In this document: positions 23,176-35,839 of the stretch, piece by piece
Layout: every line of letters begins with the position of its first letter
Numbering within the stretch: position 1 is the stretch's first letter
Source of the DNA: Octopus sinensis
Lineage: Eukaryota
Reading direction: 5' to 3'
Assembly (NCBI RefSeq): GCF_006345805.1
Contig: NC_043000.1
Coordinates: forward strand, 16,368,001 to 16,432,000
Length of the DNA: 64,000 nt
Translations under genes and position numbers: made by a program
The notes under the pieces: model-generated
What the model saw: only the letters and a program-made list of their open reading frames with translations
Told to the model about the DNA's origin: nothing
Databases searched by the model: none

Positions 23176-23751
23176 AAGGCAGCGAGCTGGCAGAAACATT
23201 AGCACGCAAGGCGAAATGCTTAGCGGTATTTCGTCTGCTGCTACGTTCTGAGTTCAAATTCCGCCGAGGTCGACTTTGCCTTTCATCCTTTCGGGGTCGA
23301 TAAATTAAGTACCAGTTATGCACTGGGGTCGATATAATCGACTTAATCCGTTTGTCTGTCCTTATTTGTCCTCTCTGTGTTTAGCCCCTTGTGGATAGTA
23401 GAGAAATAGGTATTTCGTCTGTCATTACGTACTGAGTTCAAATTCCGCCCAGGTCAACTTTGCCTTTCATCCTTTCGGGGTCGATAAATTAAGTACCAGT
23501 TATGCACTGGGGTCGATATAATCGACTTAATCCGTTTGTCTGTCCTTATTTGTCCTCTCTGTGTTTAGCCCCTTGTGGATAGTAGAGAAATAGGTATTTC
23601 GTCTGTCATTACGTACTGAGTTCAAATTCCGCCCAGGTCAACTTTGCCTTTCATCCTTTCGGGGTCGATAAATTTACTACCAGTTACGCATCGACTTAAT
23701 CCCCTTGTTTGTCCCCTTTATGTTTAGCCTCTTATGAGCGATAAAGAAATA
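23176..23751 (+). mobile_element. SINE family B long form, three 184-bp units, with TSD
   Basis: Units start at 23225, 23409 and 23593. Flanking duplication AGAAATAGCAATAAAG at 23163-23178 and 23752-23767. Confidence 0.9.
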
Positions 23752-23995
23752 AGAAATAGCAATAAAGTCTCTCAAAATGCTTTCCTAAATGCATTGTGCC
23801 TAAAAATAAGATAAGATAGTCATAATTGGAACGTGTCTGGTTGTTGTCAGCTGGGCCAGGACTGATGTGGGTCTAAACAACAATTGAAGAATTGGTGCAA
23901 CCACAAACTACACAGATATAACTCTCACCTCAACCTTGTCTGCTTGCGACAGCACGGGAAAAAGAATGGTAAATATTTCAAAGGTCCAGACTTAC

Positions 23996-24105
23996 GCTTT
24001 TGATTCAAGATTTTGTTTCTGAAGAGATGAAAGTAACTCTGTAGACTTTAACAGTAATTGGACCACCTCCTTTTCATGATCAAACCGGATTAACATGTAC
24101 TCCAC
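23996..24105 (-). CDS. GCLC: GCLC coding exon 2 (110 nt)
   Basis: Polypyrimidine tract and TAG acceptor, then VEYMLIRFDHEKEVVQLLLKSTELLSSLQKQNLESK+GC, then GTAAGT donor. Continues WGDE|VEYML as in known GCLC. Confidence 0.95.
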
Positions 24106-25795
24106 CTAAAAGGAAAAAATAAAAAAATAATAAATAAATAAATAAATAAATAAAATAAACATTATATGTATGCTTCATTCTTGTATTTGGTTTGCAAGAT
24201 TCTTCATGTGAACTTCGGTGTTAAAACAAATCTTGTATCTAGGGAGGGTCTTAATGCCAATAATAATAAACACAGGCACTGGTTGGCATTAGGAGGGGCA
24301 TCCAGCCATAGAAACCATGCAAAATCAGACTGGAGCCTGTTGCAGCTCTCTAGCTTGCCAGCTCTGGTCAAACCATCCAACCCATGCCAACATGGAAAAC
24401 AGATGTTAAATGATGAAAATGACTAATTCAATTTCATTCCTTTGTTGTTAATCAACTGGTTAGTTACCTAACCAACTAATTAATTGATGGTTTGCTTAAT
24501 TTGTTGGTTAAACAATCAGTGAGTTGTTTGCCAAAGTCCTTTCATGATTATTTGCAAAATCACCAATGACTAGCCCTTTCTCTTCAGGGTCTTTTCCGAG
24601 TTTGTTTGAGAATTGGTCTATGTAGAATTGGTACATGTAGGGGTGTGGTCAAATACAAGACAAATGAAAGGAGAGAGTAAAGGGAATTTCACTTCAGTTC
24701 TCTTGTAAACTGACCATACCTCTACATTCCTACATGTACCTAAAGATAAGGTTATCTCTCAAACAAGCCCAGAAAAGACCTGGAGAGAGAGAAAGACAGA
24801 CAGACAGACAGAGACAGACAGACAGACAGACAGAGAGAGACAGACAGACAGAGACAGACAGACAAAGCATGTCACTGATGAGGTTGCAAACAGAGATGAA
24901 AGGACTTTGACAAACAACCGATTGATTGTTTAACCAACAAATTAAATAAACAATTGATTAGTTGATTACACAAAGTACTATTGATTAACAGCAAAGGAAT
25001 GAAACTGGACCAGTGAGTGCATGGGTGTTTATTACTGTTGACATAAAGACTCATCCAAGATACAATAAGATTACATGTGAGATTTTATTGCAAAAAAAAA
25101 AAAAAGAACAACTATACATAATACATATACTTTATCTAACAATAAACTTACACTTGATAATTACAGAATGTGTCAAATCAAAAGAGGACATAACAAAAGT
25201 TGATAATATCAGAAGTTAAATATGTTCTGAAATGAAATATATTCAATAGCGTGCCTAATTTTTATTTTATAGGTATAGGTGCGGCTGTGAGATCCCACTG
25301 CATGACTTCATGGACAAGTGTCTTCTACTATAGCCCTAGCGCGATCAAGACTTAGTGAGGGGATTTGGGGAATGGAAACTGAAAGATGCCCAACATATAT
25401 ATATTTGTTTACTTGTGAGTGAACTTTATTTGTGAGTTAACAAAGCAACCAATTGTTTCATGTGCAGAGATCTTCACAGTTGTCCAAGCATACCACATGG
25501 AAGTATTAGTACTTGGCTCCATTTTGGACAATATTCAGGATATCTACTGTTATCTACAAATGGGGAGGATTGTTTTTTAGCATATCTGCTACATTCTCCA
25601 TGTGTGTTTACATATAGCGAGATATGCATGGCTTTGGAGAGTTTTAACTCTTCTTTCTAGCAAACAGGTGCATATTGTACCCTGAATTTTAATAATAAAT
25701 AATATATATTTTGCCTATTTTGGTTATCTTTGCTGGCCACTTAATCATTATTTTTTTAAAGGTAATGATAACTTATTTGAACTTGGTATATATAT

Positions 25796-26184
25796 GGAGT
25801 TGAAGCACTCCGTCGGTTACGACGACGAGGGTTCTGGTTGATCCGAATCAACGGAACAGCCTGCTCGTGAAATTAACGTGTAAGTGGCTGAGCACTCCAC
25901 AGACACGTGTACCCTTAACTTAGTTTTCGGGGATATTCAGCGTGACACAGCGAGTGACAAGGCCGGCCCTTTGAAATACAGGTACAACAGAAACAGGAAG
26001 TAAGAGTGAGAGAAAGTTATGGTGAAAGAGTACAGCAGGGATCACCACCATCCCCTGCCGGGGCCTCATGGAGCTTTAGGTGTTTTCGCTCAATAAACAC
26101 TCACAACGCCTGGTCTGGGAATCGAAACCGCGATCCTATGACCGCGAGTCCGCTGCCCTAACCACTGGGCCATTGCGCCTCCAC
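25796..26184 (-). mobile_element. tRNA-derived SINE family D (tRNA-Arg-like head)
   Basis: Head GTGGAGGCGCAATGGCCCAGTGGTTAGGGCAGCGGACTCGCGGTC...GGTTTCGATTCC with TCG in the anticodon-like loop. Full-length homolog of 42355-42736. Confidence 0.88.
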
Positions 26185-26467
26185 ATATATATATATATAT
26201 ATATCTAACATATGGTATAATTATAACAGGTCAAATTTTAGCCATTTCTCCACAGACTGAAAAAACCTTAATCGATTTTCAAACCTTATTGGGTTCTCAT
26301 CAGAGGCGTCTACACCATTCTGACATTCTCCAGTGAAACAATCAGCCAAACTGTTTATATACTCAACAAATGCAGCAGTTACTCTATGAAGGAGTCCCTA
26401 ATTTACATACCAAAAGTGTTTAACACTCCATAAATACCAGCGGCCTGTCAATGGGGATCTTAGTCCA

Positions 26468-26667
26468 CGGCACCAGTGCAGGTGGCACGTAAAAAGCACC
26501 CACTACACTCACGGAGTGGTTGGCATTAGGAAGGGCATCCAGGTGTAGAAACATTGCCAGATAAGACCGGAGCCTGGTGCAGCCTTCTGGCTTCCCAGAT
26601 CCCCGGTTGAACCGTCCAACCCATGCTAGCATGGAGAACGGACGTTAAACGATGATGATGATGATGA
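26468..26667 (+). mobile_element. 5'-truncated RTE 3' end
   Basis: Same terminal block and (ATG)n tail as 18850-19047. Confidence 0.85.
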
Positions 26668-26750
26668 TAACATATGGTATAATTATAAACAGAGCAAATT
26701 TTTAGCCATTTCTCTGTAGACTGAAAAAAAATATGTTTGTGTGTGTATGT

Positions 26751-26900
26751 GTAGAACTAAACTGTCCTACAATGGTCTAAACCCAGCTCACGTTTCCTGT
26801 TGTGGGCATGAACAATCCAAAGCTTTTCAAATTCTGCTTTGTAATGATAGGAAGAGCTGATGTCAAAAGGTTAAAAGCAACATTGCTGTGATTGCTTAGC
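26751..26900 (-). pseudogene. Decayed 28S rRNA fragment (~150 nt, domain V region)
   Basis: The plus strand aligns by eye to the reverse complement of conserved 28S sequence: GGTCTAAACCCAGCTCACGTT...TGAACAATCCAA.GCTT...AATTCTGCTT...AATGATAGGAAGAGC.GA. Confidence 0.85.
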
Positions 26901-27439
26901 ATTCACACTGCCTTGCACTGGCTACCATCACTCTTGATTTAGTAAACTCAGTCCTTCACACGCTAATGCTGTTGGCCAACAGGTAGTTGTCAAGGTGTCA
27001 CACATGTTTGGGATGATAGATATCATCATCATCATTGTTGAACATTCATGTGTATGTATATGTATGCACATGTTATAATCCTTAAAATTTTGGATTATTG
27101 TAATACCCCTTTGGTATACAGTATACTTAATAAAACCAGTAAAGACACAATTATCTCTGACTGCCTAACATGTACTCTTGTACTTCTCTTTACTTATAGT
27201 GACTAGGTTATTCCACTCGTCATGTGGGAGGGGTGTACCATTATTACTAATTCCCTACAACATTTCCTCTTTCAAGTTTTTCTTAGGAAGTGTCATTTTA
27301 TTTAGCAATTTTTTTATTCACCCCACCTCCCCTTTTTGAGTTTTTTTTCTCATACAATTTAATATTTTTTGCACTTGGCATCTATTTTCAGGAATTCTAT
27401 GTTTTCTTTTCCTCTCACTTGTACACCCGGGTTCAATCG

Positions 27440-27990
27440 TCTGCAGTGGCATTGTTACTTGGAACATATCATACAACCATTCCATTAGTTCCTCCAACTT
27501 CTTTGGTTCGCTTTCCACAAATCTATTTTACAGCTGGTTCCTGTATCTTTTTTGTATACCTTTTCTATTTTTTACCCAATACATCATTTGGTAATTACAT
27601 GCATTTGGTAATTACACCATCTTCCCAACTTTCCATTCTTGTATGCCCTCATAAACACCTTTTCACCAACTTTAAAGAATCTAACTATGTCTTCCCAGGC
27701 ACTTTTTCTTTTCTTGCCAGACAGCAATTTATCAAAGACTGATTTTACTTTCCTTGAAAACATCAGCTCCACTGGTGAGCAACCTGCTGGTTTATTCAGA
27801 TTTGGTGTCACACAGTACACTCTTAAAAACTGTTGTAGAGCTACCTCACCCATGACTTCCTTATTCAATTTTCTAAGGACTCTTTTCAAAGTATCAACAA
27901 AGCATTCTGCTTGTCCATTAGATCTGGGATGGTATAGCACTGTAGTTTAAATGTTCTACCACAAACGTTTTAGACACAATTAAGGGGCAG
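27440..27990 (-). mobile_element. Ty3/Gypsy LTR retrotransposon remnant, integrase C-terminal region
   Basis: YHPRSNGQAECFVDTLKR...ALQQFLRVYCVTP...SPVELMFSRK...FKVGEKV, and further on RNQL. Typical Gypsy integrase motifs (YHP.SNG.AER, YR.TP, SPAEL). Confidence 0.8.
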
Positions 27991-28879
27991 CTAGAGTTGG
28001 AGGTGGAGTCAGAAAAACTATACTGACTCCAAATCTGACTCACAATGTCTTTATTCTTTAATATAAACCAGTTATAACATATAGGCCCACTCAGAGTACA
28101 AGCGTATGCATATGCTTCATGAGATATTATTTTAAATTAAATAAATAGGGCTCCAGTTTCTATTTGATTATGGAAATCAACTGGAAGACGGTTATCTCAT
28201 TCTAAAGATGTATTTAAATGGTTTGATCAAATGATAGTTCGTTGGGAAATTAATCTTTCTCATACAATAAATATAAAAAATATAATAGAGGTTAATGATA
28301 CAAGGGATCCTATAGATGAAACTATATTTCATTTGGTGTAAGAATCAGGATAATCTGAATATCGTCGTGGAATACCTGCTAGATCAATCACTTAATTACG
28401 TAAAGAGGAGTCAGAGGTGCCAGTCAGAGTCAGAGTCAAAACTTTTTGTTCCAACTCCACAGCTCTGGGTTAAACAACTTCAATTTTCACTAGCCAGCAG
28501 TCCATACCACTAATAGTCTTATGATTGGTAGAGTGCCAGACTAAATGACCTGCAGTATTTACTTTGTCTACATTCTGAGTTCAAGTTTTCTTTCCATTCC
28601 TTCAGTCATTTGTAATGAGTCAATATCATCAACTCTTCTCCTTCTAAAAAATTTGTAGCTTCGTACTATGATAACGTCATCATCTGTTTTTGCTTTGTTA
28701 ACAATTGCCAATCACAATATTTCACTAACTGTCTACATTTTCATTGATTTCAGACTTACCATCACAATTACATCGACTGCCTTGAAACACGCAATATCTT
28801 TTACTGTCGATTTGCATCTTTCATTTTTATCACGCCTAAGTCATATTAATAATCCATTTACCCATTTCCATTGTTTCTT

Positions 28880-29787
28880 TTAACAATATGCTGTGCTTGA
28901 GAAGACCTGGCAAACCAAGTAAGACCATAACCTCATGGCCTATGCCAGGCACGTAACCAGCCCACTTATGCGTACCTTTCCTTCTTTGGACACTAAACTC
29001 TGCTTGCGAAGACCTGTTGAGGCAAGTGAAATTGAAATCGAAATCAAATTTGATGACTGGCATCTGTGCTAGTGGGGCATTAAGAGCACCATCCGAGCAT
29101 GATCGTTACCAGCGTTGCCTTACTGGCACCTGTGCCGGTGGCACGTGAAAAAAACATTCAAGCGAGGTTGATGCCAGTACCGCCTGACTGGCCCCGTGCC
29201 AGTGGCATGCAAAAGCACCCACTACACTCTCGGAGTGGTTGGCGTAAGGAAGGGCATCCAGCTGTAGAAACTCTGCCAGATGAAGACTGGTGCTTGGTGC
29301 AGCCATCTGGTTCGCCAGTCCTCAGTCAAATCGCCCGACCCATGCTAGAAAGCGGACATTAAACGATGATGATGATTTCTTATCTTGAGAAATGAATTTT
29401 AACTTTTAAATTCATGGTTCTATACTTGCAGTTGTCATGTGAGAAATATAATGTGGCCGTTCACCAGCCTCGTCTGGCACCTGTGTCAGTGGCACATAAA
29501 AAACACCATCCGAGTGTGGCCGTTTGCCAGCCTCGTCTGGCACCTGTGTCGGTGGCACATAAAAAAACACCATCCGAGCGTGGCCGTTCGCCAGCCTCGT
29601 CTGGCACCTGTGTCAGTGGCACATAAAATCACCCACTACACTCTCGGAGTGGTTGGCGTTAGGAAGGGCATCCAGCTGTAGAAACACTGCCAGATCTGAC
29701 TGGCCTGGTGCAGCCTTCGGGCTTCCCAGACCCCAGTTGAACCATGGAAAGCGGACGTTAAATGATGATGATGATGATGATGATGAT
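28880..29787 (+). mobile_element. Two adjacent 5'-truncated RTE 3' UTR fragments (about 28880-29375 and 29450-29787)
   Basis: Both end in the conserved block plus (ATG)n; the second has three ~58-bp GTGGCCGTT...GGCACATAAAA sub-repeats. Confidence 0.8.
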
Positions 29788-30238
29788 GGTGCTATATATT
29801 ATTCTGATACAAAACCAAACTGCATTTACTCTCTATGCTACCTACCCTAGCTACCTTCCCTTTGGAATACCCTCATCTAAAATTTTACCTATCACCATCC
29901 ACACAAAGAAGAGTGAGACTAGTCAGTAACCCAACAAACAGATAAATTTCTTCTCTCTTTTTGTATCAGCCTGGGGGGCCTTTAGAAGGCTCATAGGCAC
30001 TCTCTTTACTCTTTTACTTGTTTCAGTCATTTGACTGCAGCCATGCTGGAGCACCTCCTTTAGTCGAACAAATCGACTCCAGGACTTATTCTTTGTAAGC
30101 CTGGTACTTATTCTATTAGTCTCTTTTTGCCGAACCGCTAAGTTACAGGGACGTAAACACACCAGCATCAGTTGTCAAGCGATGTTGGGGGGACAAACAC
30201 AGACACAAACATATACACACACATACATACATACATTT

Positions 30239-30330
<92 letters not shown>

Positions 30331-30968
30331 TATATACATATATACAACAGACTTCTTTCAGTTTCTGTCTACCAAATCCACTCACAAGGCTTTGGTCGCC
30401 CCGAGACTATAGTAGAAGACACTTGCCCAAGATGCTATGCAATGGAACTGAACCTGGAACCATGTGGTTGGTAAGCAAGCTACTTACCACACAGCCACAT
30501 TCTCCAATTTAGCTATAATTAAAAAAAAAAATTACTGACGCAAGGTGAGCTATGGCTGTGTGGTTAAAACACTCATTTTGCAATCACGTGGTTTCAGTTT
30601 CACTTCCTCTATGTGGCACCAGGCCTAGGCCAAGCAATGCCTTGTGAGTGAATTTGGTAGATGGAAAGTGTGTGAAGCCTGTTGTGTTTTTGTGTGTGTC
30701 ACCACTGTTTGACAACTGGTATTAGTTTGTCTACATCTCTATAACTAGATGGTTCAGCAAAAGACACCAATAGAATAAGTATTAGACTATTATGTACTAA
30801 AATCAAATTGTTTCACTAAACCTTCAGGACAATGCCCCAGTATGGCTGCAGTCCAATGACTGAAACAAGTAAATGGTAAATGATAAGGAGAGCCTTGTGG
30901 TTTGAAAAGGCACAAAGATGGTGGATGGAAGACATTAGAGACACAGACAGACAGTGTGTGTGTATGTA

Positions 30969-31014
<46 letters not shown>

Positions 31015-31440
31015 TGAGAGAGAGAGACAGACAGACAGAGAATTCAATTTCTTTACTGCAGAAGAGCAATATTAACATTTATTTTTCTTGTGACTATATT
31101 ACCAATGAAATATACTGTCTATGTTTTTCAATAAAACAACTAGGAATTTTGAGGGATGTAATAAAATAATTTACTACTTCATTATTAATCTGGTATTTGG
31201 AACACAACCTAACAGATAGGTTCTTTCACAAAATTCTGGTGGAAAGTTTTAAACAGAGATATAAACATTTTAAAACAGACAGGAGTGGCTGTGTGGTAAG
31301 TAGCTTGTTAACCAACCACATGGTTCCGGGTTCAGTCCCACTGCGTGGCATCTTGGGCAAGTGTCTTCTGCTATAGCCCCGGGCCGACCAATGCCTTGTG
31401 AGTGGATTTGGTAGACGGAAACTGAAAGAAGCCCGTCGTA

Positions 31441-31495
<55 letters not shown>

Positions 31496-32879
31496 GTGTG
31501 TGTGTTTGTGTGTTTGTCCCCCTAGCATTGCTTGACAACCGATGCTGGTGTGTTTACATCCCCGTCACTTAGCGGTTCGGCAAAAGAGACCGATAGAATA
31601 AGTACTGGGCGTACAAAGAATAAGTCCCGGGGTCGATTTGCTCGACTAAAGGCGGTGCTCCAGCATGGCCGCAGTCAAATGACTGAAACAAGTAAAAGAG
31701 TAAAAGAGAGCAGACAATTTTGTAATAAAGCACCAGGGGTGGTCTTAAAAGAGTCAAAGAATAAAATAAAGACACACACAGTGTTTGTTAAGCACATCTA
31801 AAATTTTGTGCTATTTTTCCATTTATTCTTGACCACACAGCAAGCTAAGTGAGTTAAGTAATTATTTCATAAAACAGATAACCAGTATGATGTAAGTAGT
31901 TCAAAATACTCCTGGTGGCGGTACAGGTGCGAGGTGGAGGGTGGGCGAGAGAGGAAAATAGGTTATTTGGCAAAATACTAAATGAGAAGGAAGGAAAGGA
32001 GTGGTGTCATTTAGTAGCTGTATAATAACAATTAAAGTGTGGAAAATTGTGTTCCTATATAAAACAGGAGACAACTTATCACACCAGTCATGGTCACTAC
32101 TATGTAACAAGCCAACATGAGAGCCTCTAAGTGGTCGTTCAATCTGCTAAACATAGCAGCCACATCTCCCACAAATCACATCCTACAATCTTAAAACACA
32201 GGAGGTGCAGGATAATGTGACCCTGGGTTCCTGAGCACAGGAAAAGGAAAATGGGGTGGTTTTATGACTGGAAGGTTTTCGGTTAGAGCTCTGTTCAATC
32301 AGCACTGACCCAGGGCCAAACAACAAATACTACTACTAACACAAGAAACAGCAAAGTACAAATATTTTTTTTATTTAAATTAATAATAATCTTTTATCTT
32401 TTACTTATTTCAGTCATTAGACTGTGGCCATGCTGGGGCACCATTTTGAAGAACTTTAGTCAAATGAATCAACTTATCATTTTTTAAGCCTGGTACTTAT
32501 TCTATTGGTCTCTTTAGCTGAACTGCTAAGTTACAGGGGTGTAAACATACCAACACCAGTTGCCAAGTGGTGTGTAGGGTGGGGTGGGGACCAAATACAG
32601 ACACAAAGATGCATATACGTGTAATGGGCTGCTTTCAGTTTCCATGTGCCAAATCCACTCACAAGGTTTTGGCCATCCTGAGGCTATAGTAGAAGACACT
32701 TGTTCAAGGTGCCACACAATGAAACTGAGCCCAGAACCATGTGGTTGGGAAGCTAACTTCTTACCACAGCCATGCCTGCATCTATAATAATAATAATAAT
32801 AATATAATAATAATAATAAAAATAATAATAATAAAAATAAAAATAATAATAATAATGATAATAATAAAAAAAAAATAAT

Positions 32880-33101
32880 AATAATGATAATAATAATAAT
32901 AATGGTTTCAAATTTTGCCTCAAGGCCAGCAATTTTAGGGGATGGGATAAGTTGATTATATCAAACCCAGTTTTCAACTGGTACTTATTTTATTGACCCC
33001 AAAGGACAAAAGGCAAAGTTGACCTCGGCAGAATTTGATCTGGGAAGGTAATGCTAGAAGAAATGCCGCTAAGCACTTGACAATTTTGCCAGCTCACCAC
33101 C

Positions 33102-33145
<44 letters not shown>

Positions 33146-33340
33146 CCTTTCTACTAGAAGCACAAGGCTTCAAATTTGGGGGAAGGGATTAAGTCGATTT
33201 CATCGACCGCAGTGCGTAACTGGTACTAATTTTATCAACCCCAAGAGGATGAAAGGCAAAGTTGACCTTGGTGGAATTTGAACTCAGAACGTAATGGCTG
33301 ATGAAATACCACTAAGCATTTCCTCCAGCATGCTAACAAT
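32880..33340 (-). mobile_element. Two head-to-tail SINE B copies separated by (TAA)n
   Basis: Reverse complement of the family B body twice; (TAA)n tracts at about 32785-32900 and 33103-33145. Confidence 0.75.
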
Positions 33341-35618
33341 CACATTTTCTCAGCAACACTTATCTGATTAATCAGGTTCTTCAAGTCAAGCCTTTCTATC
33401 CCATTCTTCTTTAATTTTCATATTACAGGTTTCTTAAGTAAACAAAATTTGTTTCCCCTTATCTCTCACAGTAAAGCCTCTCTTACTCTCCCCTGCACAC
33501 ACACACACATGCACCTCCCTCCCATGAAAAACTTCCAACACATTCACACACCCCAATACATAGATTTATTTCTTCCTTTACACACCAATACATAGATTTA
33601 TTTCTTCCTTTACACACATACACACAACCCATTTTCATCTACTAACCTATTACTAAGGTTGTGGTTTCTCCCCCAACACCAAACATCCTCTGACGTAACA
33701 AAATTATATTAAGAATGAAATGAAAAACAACACAAATAAGATAAGACAATGAGAAGAATTTATGCAGTGAAGAAAGCAGAATATTTGCTCCTGCTCAGAA
33801 AGACCAGCTAAAGTTCTCCTCTTCAGGGTCATGGTATATACTTCAAAGAATTACTTCACACACTATACAAACTTAAGAATTCACATAATCATCATCATCA
33901 TCATCATCAGTTTAAGCTTATTCTTTTACTTCTTTTAGTTATTAGACTGCAGTTATGCTGGAGTGCCACCTTTAGTTCAAGAAATCGACCCCAGGACTTA
34001 TTCTTTGTAAGCCTAATACTCATTCTATCAGTCTCTTTTACTGAACTCCTAAGTTACAGGACATAAACACACCAACATCAGTTGTCAAGTGATGGTGGGG
34101 GGGATAAACACAGATATGCAAACACACATACATATATGATGGGTTTCTTTCAGTTTCCATCTACTAAACCCACTCACAAGGCTTTGGTTCGCCCGAGGCT
34201 ACAATAGAAGACACTTACCCAAGATGCCACACAGTGGGACTGAACCTGGAACCATGTGGTTTAGAAGCAAGCTTCTTATCACACAGCCATGTCCACTTTT
34301 TGATACTCACATGGATCAGACAGGATTTTAATGAGATGAATTTTTCCATAGTTGGATGCCCTTCCTGTCACCAGCCCTCACCTGTTTCCAGATAACCTAA
34401 TATTTCCCTATGGCAAGGCATGTTTTCATGGAAAATTGGAAACAAAGGACACCGCTGGTATGATGGTGAAACTCATTTACAACTATAGCATTATGTCAAG
34501 GCAAGGGGACAGAAACACATACAAACACAGGGACTCTCTCACGTTCCGTCCATCAAATCTCCTCACAAAGCTTCGGTCAGCCTGGGGCTATAAGTAGAAG
34601 ACAATTGCTCAAGGTGCCACACAGTCATGCTTGCACCTACATCACCACATTGTCATCATCGTTTAACGTCTGTTCTCCATGCTGGCATGGGTTAGACAGT
34701 TTGACTGAAACTGGTAAGCCGGAGAGCTGTACCAGGCTCTCATTGTTTGTTTTGGCTTTAGTTTCTACTATCATGCAATATCAAGACAAGAAGATACAAA
34801 CATACACACTCACACACATATACATACATATATGTGTACACACACACATATGTTAAATAATACGAGACAACAAAGCCAAGGCTGTGTGGAATTTATAGGA
34901 CATTTATGAAGAGAAAGGTAGCCTTACAGCTGTTTCTGGGATATTGTTAAAACTGCATAAGAATGACTAAAATTACTCTTCAGAGCAAGGAAATTCTTCA
35001 ACTAGATTAGATCCTGACCCTCAACAAAGTTCAAATGCAATTCATATTAAAGAATATGTGATGGTGTTGCATCTATACATCCAAAAGACAATTTCTTGAT
35101 TGGCAAAGATTCAATCACCGACACCTTGTAACTTCAGGAATTCATATGCACTTTCTCTTCTCTCACTACCAATCATGGCTCTGCTTGTTGAACTAGGTTA
35201 TTATATACCTCCGTGACTTGATTCTAACCCTAACTCACCACCTAGATTCTGGACTAACCAACTGCTCCCCCTCCGGTTTTCCTTCTAAGAACTTCAGCCA
35301 TTTGGAATTCCCTCTCCACCAATTCCTTTCCCAAGAAACATTGACCTACACATATTCATATTCAAGCCTGCACGTCAAGTGCATGCATCAATCTCTCTCT
35401 CACCATGTGGGAAGAAGGGTGAGGGTCAAAAAACACAAATGCTCTCCCTCGTCCTCCACCTCCTCCTCACTCATTTAGCAAAAAAAAATTTTTTAATCTA
35501 ATCCTTAAATCTGCTTACAGACACCAAAATACAACAGATCATATAAGATTTCCTTTCATTATTTATCATTTTTAATAACTGGTAATTGCTCACACTTTCA
35601 AAACACAGAATAATTTAA

Positions 35619-35839
35619 CCTTTTGGTGTTTAAACCGGCCAAATCTGGCCCAATATATTCTATATGTTTTATATTCAAACTGGCCATATCTAACCTCTCA
35701 CACCTAACCTACAATGCCATTCTGAAAATGAACAATCACATCATTGAAACCTCAAAGCTATAAGATAATGCAGGATTAATTCAAAACAATTTGAGTGAAA
35801 AAGTATTACATTTAACAGAGTAATCTGAACACTAAAGGG
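35619..35839. mobile_element. piggyBac-type MITE, inverted relative to 1969-2304
   Basis: TTAA|CCTTTTGG ... CACTAAAGGG|TTGA; body is the reverse complement of the 1969 and 8748 copies. Confidence 0.7.

Noticed and set aside
29450-29625. Regularly spaced ~58-bp repeats superficially like a CRISPR array (also the 184-bp units)
   Set aside because: Direct tandem units without unique spacers, inside retroelements in a eukaryotic intron; no cas genes.
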